Assembly: GCA_003551305.1 (NCBI GenBank)
Contig: PUMJ01000156.1
Location: 27,325-91,324 of the forward strand
DNA: 64,000 bases
Source of the DNA: Candidatus Brocadiaceae bacterium
GTDB taxonomy: Bacteria; Planctomycetota; Brocadiia; SM23-32
Direction: 5' to 3'
Shown here: in pieces, positions 1-9,720 of the stretch
How positions within the stretch are numbered: the first letter of the stretch is position 1
Layout: every line of letters starts with the position of its first letter
Program-made: the position numbers and the translations under genes
The notes under the pieces: generated by a model
What the model saw: the letters and a program-made list of their open reading frames with translations, nothing else
The model's database searches: none
What the model was told of the DNA's origin: nothing

Positions 1-1088
1 TTGTCGTAGAACGTGCGCTCCTCGGTCAGCCCTTTGCCCTGGAGCAGCTTCACCGAGGCGTCAATCATGCCGGGGCTGCCGCAGAGGTAGACCTCTGTGT
101 CCGAGCAGTCCTCCACGCGCCGGTCAACGGCCTCGGTCACCAGCCCGGTCTCGCCGTCCCATTCCCCCTCGTGCCGGGCGACCACGGGCACGTACTCGAA
201 GTTCGGCACCTTCTGCTCGAACTCGCGCATCTCCTCGACCAGGTAGAGGTCGCGCAGTTCGTTGCAGCCGTAGAAGAAGGTCGCCCGCCGCGGGTTCTGC
301 TCCCGCTCCATCTGGAAGAGAATGGACCGGATGGGCGCGATGCCTGAACCGCCCGCGATGAACACGATCTCCCGGTCCGTCTCGCTCAGGACGAAGTCGC
401 CGTACGGGCCGTTGACGGTCGCCTCGTCGCCCTCCTCCAGCAGTTCGAACACGTACGTGGTGCAGATGCCGCCGGGCACCCGCCGGATTATCAGTTCGAT
501 GTAATCGCGGCGGTCGGCGGGCGAGGCCATCGAGTAGGCCCGGTAGACCGGCTCCGGCGTCAAGCCGTAGGCGGGCGTCTGAAGCTGGATATACTGCCCG
601 GCCTTGAACTTCAGCTCCGGCGGCTCCACCATCTCCAGCCGGACCATGCGGGTGTCGTAGTTCAACTCTGTTATGCGCTTGACCCGCGTCTTGTACTCCT
701 GCAGGCTCAGTATCTCTTCGGGCAGTTCGAGGGCCATATCGCCGCGGATCTTGAGCTGGCAGGAGAGCCGCCAGTGGTCCTCTCTCTCCTCTTCGGTCAG
801 GTGGGGCATCTCTGTCGGCAGCAGGGGCCCGCCGCCTTCGAGCACCTTCACCTTGCACAGGCCGCAGGAGCCGCGTCCGCCGCAGGCCGAGGGCACGAAG
901 ATACCCTCGTCCATCAGCCCGGCCAGCAGGGAGTTGCCGCCCTCCACGACCTTCTCCTCTTCCTCGTTGATGGTGAGGGTGCACTCGCCGTAGGCGAGCA
1001 GAACGGCGTCGGCCGTCAGCAAAAGGAGCGCCAGCAAGGCCGACAGGGCGGCGATGACGGCGACGGCCACCAGCAGTTCGGTCATCAT
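1..1088 (-). CDS. nqrF: NqrF-like NADH:quinone oxidoreductase subunit (2Fe-2S/FAD/NAD-binding); 3' end runs off the window
   Basis: Not in the ORF track. Manual translation gives an N-terminal TM helix, PSACGGRGSCGLCK (2Fe-2S), RAYSM (FAD), IAGGSGIAP and YLCGSPGMI (NAD), ending ...RTFYD at the window edge. Confidence 0.88.
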   Translation of the reverse strand, partial: MMTELLVAVAVIAALSALLALLLLTADAVLLAYGECTLTINEEEEKVVEGGNSLLAGLMDEGIFVPSACGGRGSCGLCKVKVLEGGGPLLPTEMPHLTEEEREDHWRLSCQLKIRGDMALELPEEILSLQEYKTRVKRITELNYDTRMVRLEMVEPPELKFKAGQYIQLQTPAYGLTPEPVYRAYSMASPADRRDYIELIIRRVPGGICTTYVFELLEEGDEATVNGPYGDFVLSETDREIVFIAGGSGIAPIRSILFQMEREQNPRRATFFYGCNELRDLYLVEEMREFEQKVPNFEYVPVVARHEGEWDGETGLVTEAVDRRVEDCSDTEVYLCGSPGMIDASVKLLQGKGLTEERTFYD

Positions 1089-1107
1089 TGCGGTCAGCGC
1101 CCCCCTA

Positions 1108-1698
1108 TCATTGCGGCGGTGTCAGGGCCCCGGCCAGGCCCAGGAAGGCCAGCGCCATGATGCCCGCTATGATCAGCGTGATGCCCGGCCCTTCCAGGCC
1201 CTTAGGTATGCGCGCCTTCTGCATCTTCTCCCGTATGCCGGCCATGGCGATGATGGCCAGCGCCCAGCCCACGCCGCTGCCGGCACCGTAGAAGAAGGAC
1301 ATCACGGCGCCCATCTCCCGGATGATCATGAACAGGGAGACGCCCAGGATGGCACAGTTGACCGTGATGAGCGGCAGGAAGATGCCCAGTGCGTAGTAAA
1401 GGACGGGCGAAAAGCGCTCTATGACGATCTCCACGAACTGCACGAACGCCGCTATGACGATGATGAACGCGATGAAACGCAGGTATTCCAGCCCGAACGG
1501 CACCAGCAGCCGGTGATAGACGAACCAGTTGAGCACGCTGGTGCATGCGAGGACGAAGGTAACGGCCGCCCCGAGCCCCACGGCCGTCTTGATCTGGCGG
1601 CTGACGGCCAGAAACGAGCACATGCCCAGAAAGCGGGCCAGCAGAATGTTGTCGGTGAAGATGGCCGAGAAGAAGATGATCAGCATTTGCGCGGTCAT
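1108..1698 (-). CDS. nqrE: NqrE/RnfA family membrane subunit
   Basis: NILLARFLGMCSFLAVS, FLPLITVNCAILG, IPKGLEGPGITLI; start overlaps the nqrD stop (ATGA). Confidence 0.88.
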   Translation of the reverse strand: MTAQMLIIFFSAIFTDNILLARFLGMCSFLAVSRQIKTAVGLGAAVTFVLACTSVLNWFVYHRLLVPFGLEYLRFIAFIIVIAAFVQFVEIVIERFSPVLYYALGIFLPLITVNCAILGVSLFMIIREMGAVMSFFYGAGSGVGWALAIIAMAGIREKMQKARIPKGLEGPGITLIIAGIMALAFLGLAGALTPPQ

Positions 1699-2348
1699 TG
1701 AGGCGGCCCTCCTGTCTGCTGCTCGGCGGCGGGCGGCTCGGCATGGCGGCGGGCTATCCAGACGGCCAGGGCCAGCGCGAAAAACGCCCCCGGCGGCATG
1801 ACCATGATGGTCCACGGCCGCCACCACTCGCCCAGCAACTGGACGTGGAACAGCGTACCCTGTCCCATCAGTTCGCGCGGGATGGTGATGGCGATGAGGA
1901 TGATGGAGTAACCTATACCACAGGCCACGCCGTCCACCAGCGAGGGCCAGGGCGGGTTCGAGGACGCGAAGCCCTCCGCCCGGCCCATGATGATGCAGTT
2001 TGTGATGATCAGGCCGACGTAGGCGCCCAGCGCTTCGGAGACGTCCGGCAGGTAGGCATCAAGCAGTATCTTCACCACGATGACGTAGGCGGCGATGATG
2101 AGGGTCTGCACGATCATGCGGATGCGGCGGGGCGTGTAGTTGCGCAACAGGCTGACGGTGACGTTCGAGCAGGCCAGCACGAATATGAGCCCCGCCGACA
2201 TGACCACCGTGTTGACCATCAGGTTCGTGATGGCCAGCGTGGAGCAGATGCCCAGTATCTGGCGGAAGATGGGGTTCTCGTTCCAGACCCCCGTCTTGAA
2301 CACCTGCCAGGAACGCGAAAGGGCGATCTTCTTCATCATATCCGGCAT
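1695..2348 (-). CDS. nqrD: NqrD/RnfE family membrane subunit
   Basis: NPIFRQILGICSTLA, YVGLIITNCIIMGRAE, MPPGAFF. Confidence 0.88.
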   Translation of the reverse strand: MPDMMKKIALSRSWQVFKTGVWNENPIFRQILGICSTLAITNLMVNTVVMSAGLIFVLACSNVTVSLLRNYTPRRIRMIVQTLIIAAYVIVVKILLDAYLPDVSEALGAYVGLIITNCIIMGRAEGFASSNPPWPSLVDGVACGIGYSIILIAITIPRELMGQGTLFHVQLLGEWWRPWTIMVMPPGAFFALALAVWIARRHAEPPAAEQQTGGPPQ

Positions 2349-2359
2349 GCGGTCGCTCC

Positions 2360-3004
2360 TCAGTCGCTTTCCGCCATGGCCTGCATGAACCTGCCGAGCG
2401 CGTGGTTGATGATCTCCTGGACGGCATCGCTGGTGCCGGTGGCGCCTGTGATGGCGTCAGCGTCGTGCTCGCCCGGCTCCACACCGGCCGGCACAAGGCG
2501 CACGTACCTGCCGTCGGGTCCCGGTTCGTCCGGCAGCGGCAGGTCGCGGAACTGGGCCATGAACCACTCCCGGGTTATCTCCCCGCCCAGCCCGGGGGTT
2601 TCGTTCTGCTCGTGCCAGGCCAGCCCCAGTATGAGGTCCAGCTCCAGGCTGATGGCCAGATACCCCCGTATGGCGTCCCAGACCCCCCGCCCGACGATCT
2701 CGAATGCGTAGCCCATCGGCTCCCCCTGCTCATCCAGCCCCTCCAGGATGGGGTGCTCCTCCTCGCGTATGGTCACCGTTCGGCCGGTGTCCTGGACGCG
2801 CTGCCGGTAGACCTGTTCGATCTCCTCGAAGCCGGCGCCGCGCCTGACCTCGATGCCCAGCGCCCTGAGCACCACGCGGGCGCGCATCGCTTCCCGGTTG
2901 CGCTCGATGCGCTCCCGGTTCAGCAGGTGCACCCCGGAGGTGACTCCCGTAAAGCCCGCGGCTATGAGGACCATGTACAGCACCGTGTAGAAGTTCTCTT
3001 TCAT
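2360..3004 (-). CDS. nqrC: NqrC/RnfG FMN-binding subunit
   Basis: N-terminal TM helix, GRGVWDAIRGY, ETPGLGGEI, flavinylation motif DAITGATGTS. Confidence 0.87.
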   Translation of the reverse strand: MKENFYTVLYMVLIAAGFTGVTSGVHLLNRERIERNREAMRARVVLRALGIEVRRGAGFEEIEQVYRQRVQDTGRTVTIREEEHPILEGLDEQGEPMGYAFEIVGRGVWDAIRGYLAISLELDLILGLAWHEQNETPGLGGEITREWFMAQFRDLPLPDEPGPDGRYVRLVPAGVEPGEHDADAITGATGTSDAVQEIINHALGRFMQAMAESD

Positions 3005-4029
3005 CCCACCCCCGCTCTCGCCTTGCGCATCTGTTGCACCTCCCGCACGTAGTGGTCCATGATCGGGTTGAACGTGTTCATCAGCAATATGGCGAACATG
3101 GTGCCCTCCGGCCATCCGGCGAAGCCCCGGATGATGACCACGAGCGCCCCGATAAGGAACCCGTATATCCAGCGCCCGGTGCCCGTCTGGGCCGCCGAGA
3201 TGGGGTCCGTGGCCATGAAAAACGACCCCAGCAGAAAACCGCCGGAAAGCAGCGTGAACATCGGCCCCGGCACCGCGGTCACCCCGCTGTAGTGCAGCGC
3301 CGTGCTCATAAGCACCGCGCCCACCAGGCAGGAGACCACGATCCGCCAGTCGGCCGTCTTCGTGTAGAGCAGGTAGAGCCCCCCGATAACGAGCAACACA
3401 GCGGACGTCTCCCCCAGGCTGCCCGCCACGCTGCCGGTGAGCAAGTCGCCCAGGGCCGCCACGGACTCACCGGCCTGGAAGTCCCTGAGCGGGGTGGCGC
3501 GCGTGAGGGCGTCCGCGCCCCGCGCCCACCGGGCGAACCCGCCCGGCAAGCCGCTGTACGGCGCCAGCCACTGGACGGTCATCTCCACCGGAAAGCAGAT
3601 AAACACGAAACACCGCCCGACCAGCGCGGGGTTGAAGACGTTGCGCGCGAATCCCCCGAAGACCTCCTTGCCGAAGGCGATGCCCACCACGATGCCGACG
3701 ATGACCACCATGTAGGGCACCCGCGGCGGCAGGGTAAGGGCATACAGGACGGCGCTGACGAAAACCGCTGTACTGACCGGCTCGCCCCGCTTGCGGCAGA
3801 AGGACCACTCCGTCAGCACGGCGAACGCGATGCTGACCAGCACAACCCCCAGGGCGCGCCAGCCGAAGAAGTAGACGGCCCCACCCATCGCGGGCAGGGT
3901 GGCCGTCAGCACGCGCACCATCGGCTTCTGGTAGCGGAAGAACTCCCAGAACCGAAAACCGAACAAGCCCCCGCTCTCCTCGGGTGCGGCGCCGGGCCTT
4001 TCGGCGGCGTCGGATTCCCTGGCTGTCAT
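3001..4029 (-). CDS. nqrB: NqrB/RnfD family membrane subunit
   Basis: KEVFGGFARNVFNPALVGR, DALTRATPL (FMN-Thr), GSLGETS, FMATDPISA. Confidence 0.85.
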   Translation of the reverse strand: MTARESDAAERPGAAPEESGGLFGFRFWEFFRYQKPMVRVLTATLPAMGGAVYFFGWRALGVVLVSIAFAVLTEWSFCRKRGEPVSTAVFVSAVLYALTLPPRVPYMVVIVGIVVGIAFGKEVFGGFARNVFNPALVGRCFVFICFPVEMTVQWLAPYSGLPGGFARWARGADALTRATPLRDFQAGESVAALGDLLTGSVAGSLGETSAVLLVIGGLYLLYTKTADWRIVVSCLVGAVLMSTALHYSGVTAVPGPMFTLLSGGFLLGSFFMATDPISAAQTGTGRWIYGFLIGALVVIIRGFAGWPEGTMFAILLMNTFNPIMDHYVREVQQMRKARAGVG

Positions 4030-4067
4030 CCCCCGATGTCCCCCTGACCGGAAAGCAAGGAAAAACG

Positions 4068-4096
4068 AATTTACCCACTCAGCCCCGGGGCGTCAA
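4068..4096 (-). promoter_or_regulatory. sigma70-type promoter of the nqr operon
   Basis: TTGACG-17 nt-TAAATT on the minus strand, ~40 nt upstream of nqrB. Confidence 0.6.
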
Positions 4097-4152
4097 GCGA
4101 GAGGGGGCTCCGGCAAAACGCCTCCCCCCCACGGCGGGAAAGCAGCGGGGAC

Positions 4153-4407
4153 TCACCACTCCGGCAACGGACCGTCCTGCCCCTCCCGGAACTGCTGCCA
4201 CAGCCGCCGGAACCGGCTCTCGTAGACCATCTCGAACAGACGCACGCGGTCCGGGAACCGCTCCCGGGCGAACTCCCGCAGCTTGCGTATCTCTATGACG
4301 ATGTCAATGGCGGGGTAGTCACTGGCCACAATGAGGGAGCTGAGCCGGTCAGCCCGCCGCTGCAGCAGGACGTAATCCCGTTTGCCGTCACGCGCTGATT
4401 CCATCAC
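4153..4407 (-). CDS. small helical hypothetical protein
   Basis: GGAGG RBS, protein-like composition (FEMVYESRFRRLWQQFR). Confidence 0.65.
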   Translation of the reverse strand: MMESARDGKRDYVLLQRRADRLSSLIVASDYPAIDIVIEIRKLREFARERFPDRVRLFEMVYESRFRRLWQQFREGQDGPLPEW

Positions 4408-4572
4408 TCCGGCTACCTCCAGGCCTCTCGGGCCATTCTACTCGCCGGGGCGAACGGCTCCCCGAAGACGCCGGGCCTTTGTGCCCCAGCGAGACGCCCG
4501 TCCACCGCCGAGCGCCGTCCCGACCAAGCCGCCCGGAGCATCCCGTCGGAGGTCCCTTCCGCATACCAGGGG

Positions 4573-4632
4573 GCAAATGGATTCGTTTCGCAGAGACCCC
4601 CCCGATGCACCCAAATCGGACAGCAGCGCCCG
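4573..4632 (+). repeat. dispersed ~60-bp repeat, copy 1 (inverted copy at 46910-46969)
   Basis: GCAAATGGATTCGTTTCGCAGAG...CCCAAATCGG.CAG.A.CGCCCG is shared with the reverse complement of 46910-46969. Confidence 0.8.
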
Positions 4633-4847
4633 CACCCCTGCTGCCGCGAGCGCCAGTGCGCTGTGGTCCTGGCCAGGGCTCCCGCATCATACTAAACGTT
4701 CGTAGGGTTTGCATCAAGCGTTTTCCCGCGCACCCCCGGCAAGGGGTATGTCGCCCGCCCCTCGGCCGGCCGCGTCTCTCATGTCGAGTTCGCCGTACGG
4801 CGAAGAAGACGTCAGCCCTGCCCCCGGGACCTTCAACCCCGCTGCGC

Positions 4848-6215
4848 TCACCGCCGGTTGCCGCCCTCCAGGAACCGGGCGTGCAGCCGTCGCCTCAACT
4901 CCGACACCACTTTCGGCCGGTCGGCGGCGACGTTGCGCAGTTCGTCCGGGTCTTCCTGGAGGTCGTAAAGCTCGTCCGGCGCGTTGTAGTTGTCTATCAG
5001 CTTATAGCGACGGGTGCGGATGGCGCGGAAGTTCGTGATGGCGCTGACGGCGTCCTCCCGGTGCTCGTCGGTCTCGCCCCGCAACAGCGGCGCCACGGAC
5101 CGGGCGTCCACGTTTTCCTGCGGGGGCAGGCCGGCCAGCTCGCAGATGGTGGGGTTGACGTCAATCAGTTCCACCAGCCCGTCCGACACGCGGCCGCCCT
5201 CGACGCCCGGCCCGGCGACGATGAGAGGCACCCGCACGGATGCCTCGTAGGCGACGCTCTTGGTGTAGAGGCCGTGGTCGCCGAGCATCTCGCCGTGGTC
5301 GCTGGAGAACAGCACGATGGTGTTCTCCAGCATCCCGCGCTCTTCGAGGGCGTCCAGCATCAGGCCGACCCGGTCGTCAATGAGCCGGATGGCGCCGCAG
5401 TACTGCCGCCGGGTGACGGCGACCTGCTCCGGCGTGGCGTCCTTCATACGTCGCCGCACCCAGGCCGGCTTGCCATCCCCCGGCTCGATGATGGGCGGGG
5501 GCACTTCCGCATCGCGGTACATGTCGGCGTACTCGGTGGGCGGGTCGAAGGGGTCATGCGGGCCGACAAAGCTGACGAAGTAGCACCAGGGGAAGTCGTC
5601 CGGGACGGTGCGGATCCAGTCGGCCGCCCGCCGCCCGATGTAAGAGTCCTCGAAGTGCTCGGTGGGCAGCACCGAGTCCCACGAGGCGCCGACGTTCCAG
5701 CCCCGGGCGGCCCGCTTCTTGTAGTCTTCGTGGAACTGCTGCAGCAGCCCGTGCTCCTGCAGGTAGAAGTTGTAGGGGCCGCGGGGCGTTGCAGAATTGC
5801 CCGCGTGCATCTTGCCCTCGCACTCCTCCGGGTGCGTGAAGCCCCAGCCGTAGACGCAGGGTCTGTCGCCGTGGCGGCCGTTGTAGGGGTCGGGTTTGGC
5901 CAGGTCGAGCTTTCCGATGCAGCCGACGCGGTAGCCGGCGTCGCGCAGCCGCTGGTAATAGGTGCGCGTGCTGAACGGGAGGAAGGCGCCATTGCCCAGA
6001 GCCCCCAGGCGCGCCGGCTGCAGCCCGGAGGCCAGCCCGATGCGAGCCGGAGCGCAGACGGGGCTGTTGGTGATGCACTGAGTGAAGCGCACCCCCCGCT
6101 CGGCCAGCCGGTCCAGGTTCGGCGTGTGCAGGAAGCCGGCCCCCGCGCAGCCCATGTAGTCGTGCCGGTGCTGGTCGTCCATGATGAATAGAATGTTGGG
6201 GCGGCCGGCGGGCAT
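4848..6215 (-). CDS. formylglycine-dependent sulfatase (Cys-type)
   Basis: RPNILFIMDDQHR, SPVCAPAR (CxPxR), SSDHGEMLGDHG, ELYDLQEDPDE. Confidence 0.93.
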   Translation of the reverse strand: MPAGRPNILFIMDDQHRHDYMGCAGAGFLHTPNLDRLAERGVRFTQCITNSPVCAPARIGLASGLQPARLGALGNGAFLPFSTRTYYQRLRDAGYRVGCIGKLDLAKPDPYNGRHGDRPCVYGWGFTHPEECEGKMHAGNSATPRGPYNFYLQEHGLLQQFHEDYKKRAARGWNVGASWDSVLPTEHFEDSYIGRRAADWIRTVPDDFPWCYFVSFVGPHDPFDPPTEYADMYRDAEVPPPIIEPGDGKPAWVRRRMKDATPEQVAVTRRQYCGAIRLIDDRVGLMLDALEERGMLENTIVLFSSDHGEMLGDHGLYTKSVAYEASVRVPLIVAGPGVEGGRVSDGLVELIDVNPTICELAGLPPQENVDARSVAPLLRGETDEHREDAVSAITNFRAIRTRRYKLIDNYNAPDELYDLQEDPDELRNVAADRPKVVSELRRRLHARFLEGGNRR

Positions 6216-6251
6216 CGGTGCTCTCCACCTCGGGCAGGCAGGGGGCGCGCG

Positions 6252-7007
6252 TCACTCGATCTCGAGCAGCTCCACCTCGAAGATGAGCAGCTGGTTGGGG
6301 CCGATGACGTCACCCGCGCCGCGTTCGCCGTAGGCGAGGTGGGGGGGAACGTAGAGCCTCCACTGCGCGCCCTTGCGCATCATCTGGAGCGCCTCTGTCC
6401 AGCCCTCGATGACTCCGTCCACGGGGAAGGTGGCGGGCTGACCACGTTCTCTCGAACTGTCGAAGACGGTGCCGTCCGGCAGCGTGCCGTGGTAGTGAAC
6501 CGTCACGGTGTCGTTGAAGCGCGGACGCCGGCCGTCTCCCTCGCGCAGTATCTCGTACTGGAGGCCGTTGGGGGCCGTCTGCACCCCCTCGCGCTCCTTG
6601 TTCTGTTCCAGGAAGCGCTCGGCCTCTTCCAGGTTGCGGTCGGCCAGGTCCTGGCGGGCCTCCACCTGCTCGGCCTGCCGCGCCAGCCGCCGCCGGTTGA
6701 ACACCTGGATCGCCGACGCCAACTGGGCGTCATCGAGCGCCGGCTCGGCTTCCGTGAACCCGTCGCGGAAGCCGCGTATATACGCCTCCAGGCTGACATC
6801 GAGCCCGGCCTCCTTGAGCTGTTGTCCACCGCTCAGCCCCAGCACGTAACTCATCTGGGCCGTATCGCTGGTCAGTTCGACCTCCGGCTCCTGCCCGGCC
6901 GCCGGCTCATCTTGCCGCTCGTGCGGCTCCTCCGCCCTCGCCAGCGCCACCGCGAGCGCGATGAAGCACAGACCCGCCGCCACGTAGATTCCAACTCGCC
7001 TGCCCAT
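6252..7007 (-). CDS. FKBP-type peptidyl-prolyl isomerase (FkpA/Mip-like) with signal peptide
   Basis: SYVLG dimerisation helix, VHYHGTLPDGTVFDSS, VIEGW, LAYGERG, LIFEVELL. Confidence 0.93.
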   Translation of the reverse strand: MGRRVGIYVAAGLCFIALAVALARAEEPHERQDEPAAGQEPEVELTSDTAQMSYVLGLSGGQQLKEAGLDVSLEAYIRGFRDGFTEAEPALDDAQLASAIQVFNRRRLARQAEQVEARQDLADRNLEEAERFLEQNKEREGVQTAPNGLQYEILREGDGRRPRFNDTVTVHYHGTLPDGTVFDSSRERGQPATFPVDGVIEGWTEALQMMRKGAQWRLYVPPHLAYGERGAGDVIGPNQLLIFEVELLEIE

Positions 7008-7050
7008 GACCATCTCCTCCATCAGGAAAGACTTCCAACACAACCTGAGT

Positions 7051-9720
7051 CTAAGGCGTCAGCTTAAGGGTCGTCAAGCCGCGGGCCGGTACCGTCGGGC
7101 AGGGTGCGTCGTCGCGGAGCGGACAGGGCGCAACGAGGGCCTCGTTCAGGTCGGTCAGTCGGGCGTCGCTCACCGACTCCCACGTGCCCAGCGGGGCCGG
7201 AAGTTCACGGTCTTGCGGGTTCCACAGGCGCACGACGACGCCGTCGTCGTCCTCAGCCTTCTTCAGGGCCGAGACGACAAGGCGCGCGTCGGTCCGGAGG
7301 AATGAGCCCGTCGCCGGAAGTCCGCCGGGGTTCAGACCGGTCCCATCGGCGAGCGGCGGCACGGTGTAGTCGTGCGCCGCGGGCAGGCACCCGCCGGCCT
7401 GCCAGTCGGCCGGATGCGGCCTGACGGCGTATTCGAAAGTGTGCTCGCCCGGGCATTGGGCGCCGGGCACGGGATGGTCCGCCCCGGCCGGCGGGCCGAG
7501 CCGGCCCACGCAACGCAGCAGCGTCAGGTAGAGCCGCGCCCCGCCCTCGCATCGGACCGCCTCGAACTCCGGCAGACCGCGGTTCATCACGCAGAGCCCC
7601 GCTTCGCCGTCGGAGACGTCCACGAATGACTGCTGGGGGTAGCCTTCCATGCTCTCCTCCGGGCGGGACACCGGCCGCTCCGTGATGCTGAAGTTGCCCT
7701 CGGCGGCCGAGACCTCCGCCTCCAGGCCGGTTGCGAAGACGGCACGGAGCCGGTGGTCGCGGCAGCGGTTCACCAAGCGCGTGCGGACCTCCACGCGGTC
7801 CTTGCCTGCAAAAAGCGTGACATCGGAGACGATGTGCGCGTCCTCGGTCGCCTCCGATCGGTGCTCCGGCCCTGCACAGGCGGGCAGGCGCCACGGCACC
7901 TCCACGCGCCAGGTCACGCGGAAGGGCAACTGCTGCTGGAGCGTCAGCTCCGCCTTCGCGTGCCGCGTGCTGCGGACGTCGGGCCTCTCGTAGTGGCGGT
8001 GCCCGTAGGCGTCGCCGATGTCCTCGGTGTCCTCGAACCAGTGCAGCGCGGGGAAGCGCCGCCCCGTGCGGCGGTCCGTCAGGTCGAACGTGCCGTCGGG
8101 GTTGAAGCGGACGCGCAAGAACTCGTTCTCCATCCCGTCCCCGGTGGCGCGGACCGCCGGCTCGGGGTCCGGCTCCGGTCCCGGCGCCAGCCAGAAGGTG
8201 CGGTGCCCCATCGGCGGCAGGCCGGGAGCCAGGAACTCGACCTCCAGCACCGTGAAGACATCGTCCTCCGGCCGCTCAGGCTCGGCGTCCTTCGACAGCA
8301 CGGTGCCGAGTTGCCGCGTGGTCATCGGCAGCGACTCCAGGTCCATCCGCTTGCGCGCCTGCACACGGATGCGGGCGGGCACGGGCCGCCCCTCGCCGTC
8401 CACCAGGTGGAACTCGTCTCCCTCCAGGCGCCTCGGCACGCGCACCCACTGGCGCACGACGCCGTCCCGGCCGGCACCGAGCGTGTTGAACACCACGACG
8501 GCCGCGAGCGCGCCCCCCGGTCCGGAGGTGTCCACCCGGGGCGTCAACTCGCGCGTGGCGTCCTCGGTCAGCATCTCGCCGGCGTCCTGGATGCGGGCGT
8601 AACGGTTCGCCATGTCCTCATGCACCCGGTCCAGGCTGCAGCCGCAGATGGAGTCATGCGGATGATTCGCCACCAGCATCCGCCAGAGGCGGCCCAGCAG
8701 TCCCGCCGGGTATTCGCTGCCGGCAACCTGCATGGCCATGGTGCAGAGCGGCTCCACGTAGCGCTCCAGCAGGCGCTGGGCCCGGAAATTGGCCTGCTTG
8801 AGCCGGATGTGCGAAGACGTCACACCGTTGAACTGCCGCACGTTCTGCCCGCGCATCTCGCCGACGTAGACGGGCAGCTCCGGCGCCTCGCGCTCGACGG
8901 CGCGGGCAAACTCCGCCGCCGAGGCGATGAGGAAGTCGCAGTCCTCGACATGTTCGTTCAGGTACGCGATTATGCCGGGCAGGGATTCGCGCGGCTCCAT
9001 GTGGTCCACGCCGACCGGGAGGTAGAGGTTCGGCGTCGTCTCCCCCCGCGCCAGCTCGGGCCGCCTGCTGCGGAACGTGTCCGCCGCCTCGGGGCCGGTG
9101 GGGAGGGCCCGGCGGATGTCGGTCCATATCTCCGGATAGCTGAGGAACAGGCCGCCGGCGTATCCGTGGTTGATGGCCAGCGCCTCGGTGCCGTCCGGCG
9201 CCCGCCAGGTGAACTCGCGCTTGCCCTCGGCGATGCCCTCGGGCCGCCCCCGCCCGAACATGATGTAAGGCAGCCCGAACCCGCGCGCGAGCATGGGCAG
9301 CGTCTCGATGCTGCCGAAGGAGTCCGGCACGTAGCAGACCTGCATCGGCTCGCCGCCCATCCGCCGGGCCATGCGCATGCCTATCATCAGGTTGCGGACC
9401 GTGGACTCGGCGTCCTGGAGGAACTGGTCCGCCAGCACGTACCACGGCCCCAAGATGAGCCGTCCCTCCCGCACCAGGCGTTCCAGGGTCGGACGGTTTT
9501 CCGGCCGGACCTCCAGGTAGTCTTCAAGGGCGATGGTCTGGCCGTCAAGGACGAAGCAGGTGTAGTCCGGGTCGCCCTCGAGTATGCGGATGAGCCGGTC
9601 CACCAGGCGCACCAGCCGTATGCGGAACTGCTCGAGCGGTTGAACCCACTCGCGGTCCCAGTGGGTAGTGGGGCTGACGAAGACGCGGTATCCCATCGGC
9701 GCTTCTCCCGGGGGCGTCAT
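7051..9720 (-). CDS. GH38 alpha-mannosidase (MngB-like)
   Basis: THWDREW, LDGQT, GPWYVLAD, VPDSFG, HPHDSICGCSLDRVH. True start near 9720/9696; the longer ORF extension is a shadow of the upstream gene. Confidence 0.92.
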   Translation of the reverse strand: MTPPGEAPMGYRVFVSPTTHWDREWVQPLEQFRIRLVRLVDRLIRILEGDPDYTCFVLDGQTIALEDYLEVRPENRPTLERLVREGRLILGPWYVLADQFLQDAESTVRNLMIGMRMARRMGGEPMQVCYVPDSFGSIETLPMLARGFGLPYIMFGRGRPEGIAEGKREFTWRAPDGTEALAINHGYAGGLFLSYPEIWTDIRRALPTGPEAADTFRSRRPELARGETTPNLYLPVGVDHMEPRESLPGIIAYLNEHVEDCDFLIASAAEFARAVEREAPELPVYVGEMRGQNVRQFNGVTSSHIRLKQANFRAQRLLERYVEPLCTMAMQVAGSEYPAGLLGRLWRMLVANHPHDSICGCSLDRVHEDMANRYARIQDAGEMLTEDATRELTPRVDTSGPGGALAAVVVFNTLGAGRDGVVRQWVRVPRRLEGDEFHLVDGEGRPVPARIRVQARKRMDLESLPMTTRQLGTVLSKDAEPERPEDDVFTVLEVEFLAPGLPPMGHRTFWLAPGPEPDPEPAVRATGDGMENEFLRVRFNPDGTFDLTDRRTGRRFPALHWFEDTEDIGDAYGHRHYERPDVRSTRHAKAELTLQQQLPFRVTWRVEVPWRLPACAGPEHRSEATEDAHIVSDVTLFAGKDRVEVRTRLVNRCRDHRLRAVFATGLEAEVSAAEGNFSITERPVSRPEESMEGYPQQSFVDVSDGEAGLCVMNRGLPEFEAVRCEGGARLYLTLLRCVGRLGPPAGADHPVPGAQCPGEHTFEYAVRPHPADWQAGGCLPAAHDYTVPPLADGTGLNPGGLPATGSFLRTDARLVVSALKKAEDDDGVVVRLWNPQDRELPAPLGTWESVSDARLTDLNEALVAPCPLRDDAPCPTVPARGLTTLKLTP

